A stretch of 64,000 bases of DNA from Dehalococcoidia bacterium (GCA_963667465.2 CAXXDN010000001.1:832001-896000); one strand, 5' to 3'. Positions 48,654-59,216 are shown, numbered from the stretch's first letter. The notes: a model not told the origin generated them from the sequence alone. Program-made: numbers and translations.

Positions 48654-49490
48654 ATGGATCAGCTCGCGGGACGGGTTGCGGTGATCACCGGCGCGGGGCG
48701 CGGCGTCGGCCGCGCGCTGGCGCTCGAATGCGCGCGCGAGGGCATGCGCATCGCCGTCGCCGACCTCGACGGCGACCTCATCGAGCAGGTCGCCGGGGAG
48801 GCGCGGGCGCTGGGCGCCGAGGCGTTCGCGTTGGGCGTCGACGTCTCCGAGCGCGGTGAGGTGGAGGCGCTCGCCGAACGCACCTACGCCACGTATGGCG
48901 AGGCGAACCTGCTGCTGAACCACGCCGGCGTCTCCGTGCGCGGCCCCACCCTCGACGCCAGTGAGGTCGACTGGGAGTGGACGTTCGCGGTGAACCTGCG
49001 CGGGGTGCTGAACGGCATCCGCGCCTTTGTCCCGCGCATGCGCGGGCAGGACGGCCCCGCCCAGATCGTCAACACCGCCTCGCTGTCCGGGCTGGTGGCG
49101 CGGGCCAACGAGCACGGCGTCTACACGGCCTCGAAGCACGCGGTGGTCGGCATGACCAACGTGCTGCGTGACGAGCTGGAGCCCGAGGGCATCGGCGTCT
49201 CCTGCTGGTGCCCGGGCGGGATGGCGACGAACCAGACGAACTCCAACGAGTACCGCCCGGAGAAGTTCGGCGGCTTCTACGAGTTCGCCGCGCCCAGCCT
49301 GGGTAAGCTGCCCAACCCGATGCAGCCCGAGGACGTCGCCCCGCGCGTCCTCGCCGGAGCGCGCGAAAACCGGCGCTACATCATCACCCATCCGCACCGC
49401 AGCTCCGACGTCACGGACTACTACGACCGGATGTGGGCGGACTACGAGGCGGGCGCGCGCATCGCCGATGAGCTCGCGAACGCCGGATAG
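48654..49490 (+). CDS. Short-chain dehydrogenase/reductase
   Basis: VITGAGRGVG, NHAGV, NTASLSG, YTASKHA. Confidence 0.93.
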   Translation: MDQLAGRVAVITGAGRGVGRALALECAREGMRIAVADLDGDLIEQVAGEARALGAEAFALGVDVSERGEVEALAERTYATYGEANLLLNHAGVSVRGPTLDASEVDWEWTFAVNLRGVLNGIRAFVPRMRGQDGPAQIVNTASLSGLVARANEHGVYTASKHAVVGMTNVLRDELEPEGIGVSCWCPGGMATNQTNSNEYRPEKFGGFYEFAAPSLGKLPNPMQPEDVAPRVLAGARENRRYIITHPHRSSDVTDYYDRMWADYEAGARIADELANAG

Positions 49491-49505
49491 CAGGGGACAC
49501 GTCCA

Positions 49506-49949
49506 GTGACGCTCACCCTCGAGGACCGCGAGGCGATCCGCGACCTGTTCGCGCGGCAGAACCTCGCCTACGACCGCCGCGAGGCGGAGCGCACGGCCGC
49601 GATGTTCACCGAGGACGGCGTGCTGGAGCTGATGGGAAGCGACCTCACCTTCCGTGGCCGCGACTCGATCCGAAACTACATGGAGCGGCTGCTGGAGGTG
49701 ACCGGCGACGACTACCGGCACTGGACGAACAGCCTCGCCATCGAGGCCGTCGAGGGCGCGCCGGACGAGGCGCGCGTCGAGTGCTATATCGCCGCCTTCG
49801 GTATGAACGACGGCACCCTGCGGCTGGCCGGACGCTACTTCGATCACCTCCGCAAGGTCGATGGTGAGTGGCTGTTCGCACACCGCCGCTACGAGCGCGA
49901 GTTCAACCTTGGCACGCACAGCGCCGCCTCCTCGAGGCTGCGCGAGTAA
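49506..49949 (+). CDS. SnoaL-like / NTF2 family protein
   Basis: EDREAIRDL, FTEDG, RHWTN, GRYFDHLRKVDGEWLF. Confidence 0.88.
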   Translation: MTLTLEDREAIRDLFARQNLAYDRREAERTAAMFTEDGVLELMGSDLTFRGRDSIRNYMERLLEVTGDDYRHWTNSLAIEAVEGAPDEARVECYIAAFGMNDGTLRLAGRYFDHLRKVDGEWLFAHRRYEREFNLGTHSAASSRLRE

Positions 49950-50064
49950 CCCAACCGCGCGGGCCGATCACATCGGGTAGCTGCACGGCGGGGTCAGCGA
50001 GGTCGCGGCGCCGATGCTATGCTCCCGCCGTCTGGCACACGCTTTGCGCTGCGAAAGGAAACCA

Positions 50065-50910
50065 ATGGCCAACACCACAAACGTAGGAGATGTGAGCGTC
50101 GAATACCCGGCCGAGGGCGTCGGCATGGTGGTGATCAACAACCCGCCGATGAACATGTGGTACCTCGGTCTTGCCAAGAAGATGGCGGACGGCATGGACG
50201 AGGTGCGCGAGTCCGGCGCGAAGGTGCTGATCCTCGCCTCCGACACGCCCGGCTACTTCCTCGCCCACATGTCCCTGCAGGACAGCATTGACATCGCCGA
50301 GGGCCGCGATCCGACCGGCGACTTCGTGGGAATGGCCAAGTGCGGGGCCGAGCTGCGGCTTGGCCCGATGGTCTCGATCGCCGTCAACAACGGCCAGTGC
50401 TGGGGCGGTGGCTGCGAGCTCTTCTCGACCGCCAACCTGCGTGTCGCGGGCGAGTCCGCCACGTTCGGCCAGCCCGAGGTGATCATGGGCTCGATGGCTG
50501 CCGGCGCCGGCACCTCGCGCATTCCGCGCGTGATCGGCGAGGCGCGCGCGATGGAGCTGCTGCTCGATGGCCGCCCGATCACCGCGCGCAAGGCGCTGCA
50601 CTGGGGCTTCGTGAACCGCGTCTTCCCGGACGACAAGCTCCGCGAGGAGACGATCAAGTGGGCGGCGCTGATCGCGTCCCGCCCGGCGTACACGCTGCAG
50701 GCGATCAAGCGGTCGATCGGCAAGGGCCTCGACCTCGCCTCGCACAAGGAGGCGTTCGCCAACGAGTACCAGGTCAACCGGGACATGATCGAACCGCACG
50801 CGGACGAGAACATGGTCCTCCGCAAGGCGATCCAGGAGCGCTACAACGCTGGTGGCGACTCCTACGACGCCTGGCAGATCGAGCGCGAGGTCATCGACTG
50901 GGACGACTAG
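50065..50910 (+). CDS. Enoyl-CoA hydratase/isomerase family protein
   Basis: INNPPMN, NGQCWGGGCE, FGQPEV, GAGTSRIPRVIG. Confidence 0.9.
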   Translation: MANTTNVGDVSVEYPAEGVGMVVINNPPMNMWYLGLAKKMADGMDEVRESGAKVLILASDTPGYFLAHMSLQDSIDIAEGRDPTGDFVGMAKCGAELRLGPMVSIAVNNGQCWGGGCELFSTANLRVAGESATFGQPEVIMGSMAAGAGTSRIPRVIGEARAMELLLDGRPITARKALHWGFVNRVFPDDKLREETIKWAALIASRPAYTLQAIKRSIGKGLDLASHKEAFANEYQVNRDMIEPHADENMVLRKAIQERYNAGGDSYDAWQIEREVIDWDD

Positions 50911-51009
50911 CCTCGCCACAGGGCCGGCCCGCGAGCGGGCCCTGGCTACGTGCGTAGACGTTTGCGGCCCGCCATCACGGCGGGCCGCAACTGTGTTGGG
51001 AGCAGGCCG

Positions 51010-51660
51010 ATGACGCAGACCCGGATCACGATCGACAGCGCCGGCGTCAGCCTCGAGGGCGTCCTCGAGCTGCCCGATGGGGCGGACGCAGAATCGCCCT
51101 GCGCCGCAGTCGTCATCTGCCACCCGCACCCCCTCTACGGCGGGTCGATGGACAACAACGTGGTGGCGGCGGTCGCGGCCGGGCTGCGCCAGCACGGCAT
51201 CGGCGCGCTGATGTTCAACTTCCGCGGCGTCGGCGGCAGCGCCGGCGCGCCCGGCGACCGCGACGAGGCGCTCGTCGACGCGCGCGCCGTGCTCGCCTTC
51301 GCCGCGGACGTCGACGCGGTCGACGGGTCGCGGGTCGGCCTCGCCGGCTACTCGTTCGGCAGCGGGGTCGCGGCCGCGGCCGCCGCGTCCTCGATCCCCG
51401 CGCTCGCCCTGATCGCGCTGCCGATCTCGATGGCGGACGAGGGCCGGGCCGCCCTCGCTGCCTGCGCCAACCCGCTGCTGCTGCTCTCCGGCTCCGCCGA
51501 CAGCGGCAGCGGCGAGGACGGCCTGCGCGAGCTGGCGGAGAGCACGGGCGGCCCCGCGAGCGTCGAGATAGTCCCCGGCGCCGACCACTTCTGGTGGGGC
51601 CACGAGGCCGCCATCACCCGCATCGCGGGCGACTTCTTCGCGGACGCGCTCTCGGTCTAG
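51010..51660 (+). CDS. Alpha/beta hydrolase
   Basis: CHPHPLYGGSMDNNVV, FNFRGVG, GYSFG nucleophile motif, GADHF. Confidence 0.92.
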   Translation: MTQTRITIDSAGVSLEGVLELPDGADAESPCAAVVICHPHPLYGGSMDNNVVAAVAAGLRQHGIGALMFNFRGVGGSAGAPGDRDEALVDARAVLAFAADVDAVDGSRVGLAGYSFGSGVAAAAAASSIPALALIALPISMADEGRAALAACANPLLLLSGSADSGSGEDGLRELAESTGGPASVEIVPGADHFWWGHEAAITRIAGDFFADALSV

Positions 51661-51715
51661 CGTCGCCGGAGGACCCTGATCCGCGTCGGCTCCCCAACGG
51701 CGGGCTGCGCCCGCT

Positions 51716-51930
51716 CCCCCTCCCCCCCGCCCTCTCCCGCCGGGAGAGCGGGGACCGGACCTGCCGCCGGTGGTTGGGTGCGCCCTCGAAACCTCCGGGG
51801 TGGGGCGTGGGGGCGAAGCCCCCACAGAAGGAGAATCCGGGGGCGGGTGGGAGGGCCAGAGCGGCGCGCAGCGCGTGCTCGTCCGGGATGGGGGTGTGGG
51901 GGGGCACAGCCGCCCCGCAAGAGACGCGCG
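51716..51930. repeat. Composite intergenic repeat: family A unit (51716-51757) and family B unit (51802-51930)
   Basis: CCCCCGCCCTCTCCCGCCGGGAGAG and GGGGCGTGGGGGCGAAGCCCCCACAGAAGGAGAATCCGGGG..GCGCGTGCTCGTCCGGGATGGGG. Confidence 0.75.
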
Positions 51931-51954
51931 CCTGTCTTCCAGGCTCCGGTCCGG

Positions 51955-53391
51955 CTACGTGGTCGTCGCCTCCTCCGCGCGGCGGGCGATGGCGTGCGGG
52001 AGGCTGGAGAAGATGCTCCGGTGGATCGGCCACAGGGCGTACCAGTAGAGCAGCCCCAGCACGCCCGCCGGGTGGAAGTGCGCGTGCAGCACCACAGTCG
52101 AGCCGCCCTCGCGCGGCTCGACGGCCAGCTCGAGGACGGCCGAGCCCGGCAGCTTCATCTCCGCCACTAACGTCAGCCGCCTCCCCGGCTCCACCGCCTC
52201 GACGCGCCAGAAGTCGAGCGGGTCGCCCGCGCGCAACTCGCGAGGATGGCGACGCCCGCGGCGCATCCCCACCCCGCCCAACAGCCGGTCGAACAGGCCG
52301 CGCATCCGCCAGAGCGAGGTTGCGTAGTACCAGCCGCTGTCGCCGCCGATCGCGGCGATCTGCGCCCACGCCGCCTCGGGCGGCGCGCTGCTCTGCACCG
52401 TGTAGCGGACGGACTTCCCGTAGTAGGAGAAGTCGTGCCGCTCCTGGCGGAAGCGGAACGCGCCCTCCGTCCAGCGGATCGGCAGCGCCGCGTTCGTCTC
52501 TGCCTCGAGGGCGGCGCGTACCGCCTGCTCGTAGCTGCGCGGCTCGTGCGGGATCAGCTCGCGCAGCTCGTCCGGGCGCTCGGAAACGAGGTCGTGCTTC
52601 AGTCCGTCGATCAACGGCCGCGCCACGCTCGCCGGGACCGAGGTGACGAGGTCCAGCCACCACGAGGAGAGCCCGGGGCTGAGCACGGGCACGGGGATGA
52701 TCCGCAGCGCCTTCCCGATCACACCCGCGAACTGCAGCAGCAGCTCCTCGTAGGTCAGCGTCTCTGGCCCGACGGCGTCGAAGCTGCGCCCCGCCGTCTC
52801 CTCGTGCTCGGGGAGGCGTACGAGCACCTCGAGCAGGTCGTCGAGCGCGATCGGCTGGCTGCGGGAGCGCACCCAGCGAGGCGTGACCATGACCGGCAGG
52901 TGATAGACGAGGTCGCGGATCACCTCGAAGGCGGCGGAGCCCGGGCCGACCACGATGCCGGCTCGCAGCTCGGTGACGGGCACGGAGCCCGCGCGCAGGT
53001 ACTCGCCGGTCTCGCGGCGCGAGCGCAGGTGCGGCGAGGCCGCCTGCGGCGGCTGCAGCCCGCCGAGATAGATGATGCGGCGCACGCCCGCGCGTTCGGC
53101 CGTCATGCGGAAGCGGTCCGCCGCCTCGCGATCGCGATGGGCGAAGTCGCGCCCGGCCGCCATCGAGTGCACGAGGTAGTAGGCGATCTCGATGCCCTCG
53201 AGGACGCGCTCCAGCGAGACCAGGTCGAGCGCGTTCGCCTCGGCGATCTCGACGCCGTCCCAGCCGCGCGCCTCGAGCGCGGCGCGGCGTCGCGACGAGG
53301 CGCGCACGCGGTAGCCGCGCTCCACCAAGCGCGGCACCAGGTGGGTACCGATGTACCCGCTCGCGCCGAGGACGAGGACGGACGTGGTCAC
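51955..53391 (-). CDS. NAD(P)-binding SDR-like oxidoreductase with C-terminal DUF2867 (YbjT-like)
   Basis: LGASGYIG, YYLVHSM, ELRAG.VVGPGSAAFE, IGG..GWY, LDFWRV, AEMKLPG. Confidence 0.9.
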   Translation of the reverse strand: MTTSVLVLGASGYIGTHLVPRLVERGYRVRASSRRRAALEARGWDGVEIAEANALDLVSLERVLEGIEIAYYLVHSMAAGRDFAHRDREAADRFRMTAERAGVRRIIYLGGLQPPQAASPHLRSRRETGEYLRAGSVPVTELRAGIVVGPGSAAFEVIRDLVYHLPVMVTPRWVRSRSQPIALDDLLEVLVRLPEHEETAGRSFDAVGPETLTYEELLLQFAGVIGKALRIIPVPVLSPGLSSWWLDLVTSVPASVARPLIDGLKHDLVSERPDELRELIPHEPRSYEQAVRAALEAETNAALPIRWTEGAFRFRQERHDFSYYGKSVRYTVQSSAPPEAAWAQIAAIGGDSGWYYATSLWRMRGLFDRLLGGVGMRRGRRHPRELRAGDPLDFWRVEAVEPGRRLTLVAEMKLPGSAVLELAVEPREGGSTVVLHAHFHPAGVLGLLYWYALWPIHRSIFSSLPHAIARRAEEATTT

Positions 53392-53397
53392 GGCTGC

Positions 53398-54804
53398 CTA
53401 CGCTGCCCAGGCCGCCTCGTCGGCGCCGGGGAGCGGGGGCGGGCTGGTCCAGCGCGGCGGCGTCTCGGAGAGCACGCCCGCCGGGCGCACGTAGGCGAGG
53501 TCGCCCCAGTCGCTCGCCATCGGGGCGGTGAGGTCGCCGATGTCCTCGACGCCCGGGTCGCGCTCGGCGGGCTCGTCGACGCGGCCGAGGGCGTCGAACC
53601 AGCGGCCGGTCTGCGCGAGCGAGACGCGGATCTCGTAGCTGCCGCCCTCGCGCGCGCGGCGCGTCAGCGCCGTCATCACGGCCGCCGCTGCGAGGTAGCC
53701 GACCGAGTGGTCGAGCGCCTGCGCCGGCAACGGGCGCACCTCCTCGCCGGCGCGCAGGCCGCCCTCCAGCGCGATCCCGGAGGCCGTCTGCACGAGGCTG
53801 TCGTAGCCGCGGCGGTGCGACCAGGGACCGGCCTCGGACCAGGCCGAGAGCGAGAGGTAGACGATGCCCGGCCGCTGCTCGCGGATCGCCTCGAAGCCGT
53901 ACCCGCGCCCGGCGAGCGTGCCCGGGCGGTAGCCCTGCACGACGACGCCGGCCCCGGCGGCGAGCTCGCGCAGCCGCTGCTGGCCTGCCTCCTCGCGCAG
54001 GTCGAGGAAGGCGAAGCGCTTGCCGAAGCTCGTGTCGGCGGCGAGCCGCCGCGAGAGTGGCAGGTGCTCCGCGCCGACGCGCAGCACCTCCGCGCCGTAG
54101 GAGGCGAGCGTGCGCCCGCAGAGCGGCCCCGCGATGACGCGTGTCAGGTCCAGTACGCGCACGCCGCTGAGCGGCAGCTCGTCTCCGGAAGCGGGCGCCT
54201 CCGGCAGCGGCTCGGGCGGCGAGCCGTCGTCGTGGCGCACGATCGTGAGCAGCGGGAGTGTCGCCAGCGCCTGGCCCTGCGGGTGCGCGTGCCACTCGTC
54301 GCGGCTGCGCAGCATGAAGGCGCAGGAGCGCGCCGCGATCACCGTCTCCTCGAGGTCGAAGGCGTTCCACTGCGCGCAGGCGCGCGCGATGTCGTCGCGG
54401 TCCTCCTCGGCGCCCAGCACCTCCAGCGTGCGCGCCCGGAAGTGCGGGAAGTTGCAGTGGAGGTGGATGTAGCGGCCGTCGGCGGTGGGGTAGTAGCCGG
54501 AGACGTCGTGCCACTGCTCGCCGACCGGTCTGCCGCCGGCGCGCAGCAGCCGCTCGCTGCGGTAGGTGACAGAGGCGTGGCGCGCGTCGATCTCCGCCTG
54601 CTGCCAGCGTCCCGTGCGCTCGCGCCACACCCGTGCCGCCGCCAGCGCCGCTGCGCCGACCGTCGCCGTAGCCGCCGTGTCGACGCCAAAGTGCGAGGCG
54701 TACATCGGCTGCTCGTTGTAGATGCGGATGTGCTCGAGGTCGCCCGGGTCGCCGCCGAGGGCGTCCCAGACTCCCGCCACTGCCTCGCTGCGCGATGTGA
54801 CCAC
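53398..54804 (-). CDS. CaiB/BaiF family CoA transferase (two-domain form)
   Basis: LHCNFPH; LSGVRVLDLTRVIAGP, QGYRPG, RRGYDSLVQ, LPAQALDH. Confidence 0.9.
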   Translation of the reverse strand: MVTSRSEAVAGVWDALGGDPGDLEHIRIYNEQPMYASHFGVDTAATATVGAAALAAARVWRERTGRWQQAEIDARHASVTYRSERLLRAGGRPVGEQWHDVSGYYPTADGRYIHLHCNFPHFRARTLEVLGAEEDRDDIARACAQWNAFDLEETVIAARSCAFMLRSRDEWHAHPQGQALATLPLLTIVRHDDGSPPEPLPEAPASGDELPLSGVRVLDLTRVIAGPLCGRTLASYGAEVLRVGAEHLPLSRRLAADTSFGKRFAFLDLREEAGQQRLRELAAGAGVVVQGYRPGTLAGRGYGFEAIREQRPGIVYLSLSAWSEAGPWSHRRGYDSLVQTASGIALEGGLRAGEEVRPLPAQALDHSVGYLAAAAVMTALTRRAREGGSYEIRVSLAQTGRWFDALGRVDEPAERDPGVEDIGDLTAPMASDWGDLAYVRPAGVLSETPPRWTSPPPLPGADEAAWAA

Positions 54805-54838
54805 GATCTGCCGCCCCTCTTCGTGCCTGCCGAAGAGG

Positions 54839-56326
54839 CTACCCGCCGTCCTTGCCATCCGGCCAGCGGAGCACCGGTCGCCGGGCGGCCGTCGCCTCGT
54901 CGAGGCGGCCGAGGGGGGCGGTCCACGGTGCGCCGTGCAGCGTCTCGGGATCCTCGGCGGACTCCCCGGCGATCGCGATCAGCGCCTCGGCGAGCGCCTC
55001 GATTGCTTCGGGCGGCTCGGTCTCGGTCGGCTCGAGCATCAGCGCCTCTTCGACGATCAGCGGGAAGTAGACCGTCGGCGGGTGGAAGCCGTGGTCGATC
55101 AGCCGCTTGGCGATGTCGTAGGTGCGCACGCCGTACTCGCGGCGCTGGCGCGTGCCGGAGAACACCACCTCGTGCAGCACGGGGCGGTCGTAGGGCAGGT
55201 CGTAATGGCCGTGCATCAGCACGCGCAGATAGTTGGCGTTGAGCACGGCCTGTCCGGAGACGGCGCGCAGGCCCGCGAGGCCGAGCGCACGCATGTAGGC
55301 GTAGGCGCGGATCAGCACGCCGATGTTGCCGTGGAACTGCTGGAGCCGGCCGATGCTGCGCTCCGGCGCCGTGAGGCGCACGAGGCCCGCCGCGTCCTCC
55401 TCGAGCACGGGCGTCGGCAGGTACGGGGCCAGTTCCTCGCTGCAGCAGACGGGCCCGGCACCGGGTCCGCCGCCGCCGTGCGGGGTGCTGAAGCTCTTGT
55501 GCAGGTTGAGGTGGACGACATCGAAGCCGAGGTCGCCGTAGCGCACACGGCCCATGATCGCGTTGAGGTTGGCGCCGTCGCCGTAGAGGTAGGCGCCGGC
55601 CTCGTGGATCAGGTCCGCCACCTCCTCGATGCCGTTCTCCCAGAGGCCGAGCGTGTTCGGGACGGTGACCATCATTGCGGCGACAGTCTCGTCCAGCTCG
55701 CGCTCGATGGTGGCGCGGTCCAGCGAGCCGTCGGGGCCGGTCGGAATCTGCGTGACCGTGAAGCCTGCCATCGCCGCCGTCGCCGGGTTCGTCCCGTGCG
55801 CCGAGTCCGGCACGAGGATGCGGCGTCGGGTTTCCAGCTCGCCGCGGTCCTCGAGGGCGCGCGTGATCATCAGCACGCCCGCAAGTTCGCCGTGCGCGCC
55901 GGCGGCCGGGGCGAGGCTGACCGCGGGCAGGCCCGTGATCTCGGCGAGGCCGCGGCGCAGCTCCAGCAAGGTGCGCAGCGTGCCCTGCGCGTCCTCCTCG
56001 GCGGCCTGCGGATGCGCGGTCGCGAAGCCGGGCAGCGAGGCCACGAGATCGTCGACCTTCGGGTTGTATTTCATCGTGCAGGACCCCAGCGGGTAGGTGC
56101 CGGAGTCGATTCCGTAGTTCAGCGCGGAAAGCGCCGTGTAGTAGCGCACGAGGCCACCCTGGCTCAGCTCCGGCAGCCGCACCGCGTCGCGCAGCAGGTG
56201 CGCGTCCGGCAGCGGCGTCTGCTCCCCGTCCCACGAGGGCACGTCGACGGCGCGGCGGCCGGCCGTGCTGCGGTCGAAGCTCAGCTGCGCGCCGAAGTCC
56301 TCGCTGCGGGGCCGGTGCGCACTCAT
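54839..56326 (-). CDS. gcvPB: Glycine dehydrogenase (decarboxylating) subunit 2
   Basis: YPLGSCTMKYNP, DSAHGTNPA, YGDGANLNA, HLNLHKSFSTPHGGGGPG. Confidence 0.96.
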   Translation of the reverse strand: MSAHRPRSEDFGAQLSFDRSTAGRRAVDVPSWDGEQTPLPDAHLLRDAVRLPELSQGGLVRYYTALSALNYGIDSGTYPLGSCTMKYNPKVDDLVASLPGFATAHPQAAEEDAQGTLRTLLELRRGLAEITGLPAVSLAPAAGAHGELAGVLMITRALEDRGELETRRRILVPDSAHGTNPATAAMAGFTVTQIPTGPDGSLDRATIERELDETVAAMMVTVPNTLGLWENGIEEVADLIHEAGAYLYGDGANLNAIMGRVRYGDLGFDVVHLNLHKSFSTPHGGGGPGAGPVCCSEELAPYLPTPVLEEDAAGLVRLTAPERSIGRLQQFHGNIGVLIRAYAYMRALGLAGLRAVSGQAVLNANYLRVLMHGHYDLPYDRPVLHEVVFSGTRQRREYGVRTYDIAKRLIDHGFHPPTVYFPLIVEEALMLEPTETEPPEAIEALAEALIAIAGESAEDPETLHGAPWTAPLGRLDEATAARRPVLRWPDGKDGG

Positions 56327-57690
56327 GCCGCGCCTCCGATCTCCGTGAGCGCCGCGATGAGCGCAGCGACGTGCGCGTCCGGCGTCGCCTCGGTGACGGC
56401 GAAGAGCAGCGCGTCGCGCGCCTCCGGCTCCGGGCGGTCGGAGACATCGAGGCCGGCGGTGACGCCGCGCTCGGCAAGTGCGGCGGCGAGCGTCGCGGCG
56501 GGGACGGAGCCGCGCACGAGGAACTCCTGGAACCATGGCCCGCGTTCGGGTACCGCGAAGCCGGGCAGCGCGGCGACGCGCGCGGCGGCCGCGTGGGCGC
56601 GCTGATAGCAGAGCTCCGCGGCCTCGCGCAGGCCGCGCGGGCCGAGCGCCTGCACCGTGACGGTGAAGGCGAGCGCGATCAGCGCCTGCGCCGTCGAGAC
56701 GTTCGAGGTGGCGCGCTCGCGGCGGATGAACTGCTCGCGCGCTTGCAGTGTCAGCACGTAGCCGGTGCGCGGCTCGCCGCCGTCCGGCGGGGCCTCCAGC
56801 TCCTTCGTGCGGCCGACGATACGGCCGGGCATCTGCCGCAGGTACTGCTGCCGCGCCGCGAAGAGCCCGACCGACGGTCCGCCGTACGCCGGCGCACCCG
56901 CGAGGTCGCGCCCCTCGCCCGTCACGATGTCGGCGCCCGCGTCGCCGGGGGAGCGCAGCAGCCCGAGCGCGAACGGGTCGGCGACCGTCACGAACAGCGC
57001 GCCGGCCGCGTGCGCCGCCTCGGCGAGCGGCTCGAGGTCCACGATCGTGCCAAGGAAGTCCGGCTGCTGTGCGACCAGGCAGGCGTGCTCCTCGGTCGCC
57101 TCGTCACCCGAGGTCACGAGGTCGACACGGATGCCCGCGCCACGGGCGTAGGTGCGGACCACGTCGGCAGTGCCGGGGTGGATCGGTTCGAGCAGCGCGA
57201 CGGCGCCGCGGCGTGTCGCGCGCGCGGCCAGCAGGCAGGCCTCGGCGGTGGCGCTCGCCACGTCGTAGAGGCCGGTGTTGGAGACGTCCATGCCGGTCAG
57301 CTCGCAGACGACGGATTGGTACTCGAAGGCGGTCTGCAGCGTGCCCTGGCTGATCTCCGGCTGGTACGGCGTGTAGGCCGTGACGAACTCCGAGCGCGAG
57401 GTCAGGTGGGCGGCGATCGAGGGGATCGAGCGCCGGTACGCGCCCGCCCCGAGGAAGTTCGGCCGCCCCGGGTCGGCGTTCGCGGCTGCTCGTTCCTCGA
57501 GCAGCGCGATCAGCTCCGGCTCCGTCAGCTGGGCGGGGAGGTCAATCGAGGGGTCGCGGTACGCGGCGGGGAGGTCGGCGAAGAGCGCGTCGAGATCCTC
57601 GACGCCGACGCGTTCGAGCATCCGCGCGCGATCGGCTGCGGTGGCCGGAATGTACGGATGGGGCGACCCCGCGAACGACGAGGACGCCAA
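56323..57690 (-). CDS. gcvPA: Glycine dehydrogenase (decarboxylating) subunit 1
   Basis: FLGAGAY, EFVTAYTPYQPEISQG, MPGRIVG, LQAREQFIRRERATSN. Confidence 0.96.
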   Translation of the reverse strand: MASSSFAGSPHPYIPATAADRARMLERVGVEDLDALFADLPAAYRDPSIDLPAQLTEPELIALLEERAAANADPGRPNFLGAGAYRRSIPSIAAHLTSRSEFVTAYTPYQPEISQGTLQTAFEYQSVVCELTGMDVSNTGLYDVASATAEACLLAARATRRGAVALLEPIHPGTADVVRTYARGAGIRVDLVTSGDEATEEHACLVAQQPDFLGTIVDLEPLAEAAHAAGALFVTVADPFALGLLRSPGDAGADIVTGEGRDLAGAPAYGGPSVGLFAARQQYLRQMPGRIVGRTKELEAPPDGGEPRTGYVLTLQAREQFIRRERATSNVSTAQALIALAFTVTVQALGPRGLREAAELCYQRAHAAAARVAALPGFAVPERGPWFQEFLVRGSVPAATLAAALAERGVTAGLDVSDRPEPEARDALLFAVTEATPDAHVAALIAALTEIGGAA

Positions 57691-57692
57691 CG

Positions 57693-58088
57693 TCAGCTCG
57701 CCGGAAGCTGCGCGCCGTAGGCGTCAGCGTCGAGGAGGTCGTCGAGTTCGGATTCGTCCGAGATGCGCACGCGGATCAACCAGCCCTCGTCGTAGGGCGA
57801 GTCGTTGACCAGCTCGGGCTGCTCTTCGAGCTCCCCGTTGGCGGCGAGCACCTCGCCACTGATCGGGGCGTAGAGGTCGGAGACGGTCTTCACGGACTCG
57901 ATCTCGCCGAAGCGCTCACCCGCGCTGATCTCGTCGCCCTCGGCGGGGAGATCGAGGTAGACGACGTCGCCGAGCTGGTCCTGGGCAAAGTCCGTGATGC
58001 CGATCACGGCCTCGTCGGGGCTGTCCTCGTTGCGGCGCAGCCACTCGTGGTCGCTGGTGTAGCGCAGGTCGTCGGGAATCGTCGTCAT
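57693..58088 (-). CDS. gcvH: Glycine cleavage system H protein
   Basis: HEW, GITDFAQDQLGDVV, IESVK lipoyl-lysine motif, NDSPYDEGW. Confidence 0.97.
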   Translation of the reverse strand: MTTIPDDLRYTSDHEWLRRNEDSPDEAVIGITDFAQDQLGDVVYLDLPAEGDEISAGERFGEIESVKTVSDLYAPISGEVLAANGELEEQPELVNDSPYDEGWLIRVRISDESELDDLLDADAYGAQLPAS

Positions 58089-59203
58089 GACTGCCTCGGC
58101 TTCCGGTAGAACGGACGGCGCACGACCTCGACGGGGAGCGCTCGGCCGCGGACGTCGACGGTGAGGTTGACACCGGGACTCGCAAGCTGGGCGGGAAGGT
58201 AGGCCATGCCGATGCCGATCCGCAAGCTGGGGCTAAAGGCGCCGCTCGTGAGCCTCGCGACGGCCTCCCCGCCGTCCGCCGCGTGCACCGCGTAGCCCGA
58301 GCGCAGCACCCCGCGCTCCTGCGCCACGACGTGCGCGAGCCGCCGCGTGCGCGGCTCCGCCTTCAGCGCGGCGAGGGCCTCGCGGCCGGTGAACGGCGCC
58401 TCGTCGTCGAGGCTCACTGCGAAGCCGAGGCCCGACTCGAAGGGGTGCGTGGTCTCGTCGATGTCGTTGCCGTGCAGCGGCAGCGCCGCCTCGAGGCGCA
58501 GCGTGTCGCGCGCGCCGAGTCCGGCGGGCGTCGCACCGCCCCCGGTGAGGGCGTCCCAGAGGTCAGCCGCCCGGTCGGCGCCGACGATGCACTCGCCGCC
58601 GTCCTCGCCGGTGTAGCCGGTGCGGGCGACGAGCACCGGCGTTCCGTTCCAGTCGAGCTCCGCGCAGTCGCGCGGTTCGAGGGCAGCGAAGCCCTTGCCG
58701 AGGACACTGCTCAGCAGGGTGACCGCGGCCGGGCCCTGCACGGCGAGCATCACGGTCTCGGGTGTGACCTCGGAGGCGGCGTCGCCGGCGACGGCCTGCA
58801 CGCGCTCGAAGTCCTTGTCGGCGTTGGCGGCGTTGTGGATGACCAGCCAGCGATCTCCGGGCAGGTGGTAGATGAAGACGTCGTCCTCGATGCCCCCGGC
58901 CGCGTTGCAGTAGAGCGAGTAGTGCGCCTTGCCCACGGGCAGCGTCGTCACGTCGAAGGTGGTTACCGAGCGCAGCAGCGAGGCGGCCTGCGGCCCCTCC
59001 ACCCAGGCGCGCGCGAGGTGCGAGACGTCGAAGACGCCGACGCGCTCGCGGACGGCCTCGTGCTCTCCGACGATGCCGCCGTACTGGAGCGGCAGCTCCC
59101 ACCCGGCAAAGGGTGCGAAGCGCGCGCCGAGCGCCTCATGCCGCTCGCGCAATACGAGCTCCGTGAGCCCGCTCCCGCCTCCGGATCCACCCGCTTCCGC
59201 CAT
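58085..59203 (-). CDS. gcvT: Glycine cleavage system aminomethyltransferase T
   Basis: FAGWELPLQY, FDVSH, RTGYTGEDG.E, GLGARDTLRLEA. Confidence 0.96.
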   Translation of the reverse strand: MAEAGGSGGGSGLTELVLRERHEALGARFAPFAGWELPLQYGGIVGEHEAVRERVGVFDVSHLARAWVEGPQAASLLRSVTTFDVTTLPVGKAHYSLYCNAAGGIEDDVFIYHLPGDRWLVIHNAANADKDFERVQAVAGDAASEVTPETVMLAVQGPAAVTLLSSVLGKGFAALEPRDCAELDWNGTPVLVARTGYTGEDGGECIVGADRAADLWDALTGGGATPAGLGARDTLRLEAALPLHGNDIDETTHPFESGLGFAVSLDDEAPFTGREALAALKAEPRTRRLAHVVAQERGVLRSGYAVHAADGGEAVARLTSGAFSPSLRIGIGMAYLPAQLASPGVNLTVDVRGRALPVEVVRRPFYRKPRQS

Positions 59204-59216
59204 ACATCGAATGTAT
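59202..59216. promoter_or_regulatory. Inverted repeat ATACAT-CGA-ATGTAT overlapping the gcvT -10 element and start
   Basis: Perfect 6-bp arms; TACATT lies 6 nt before the ATG on the minus strand. Confidence 0.4.
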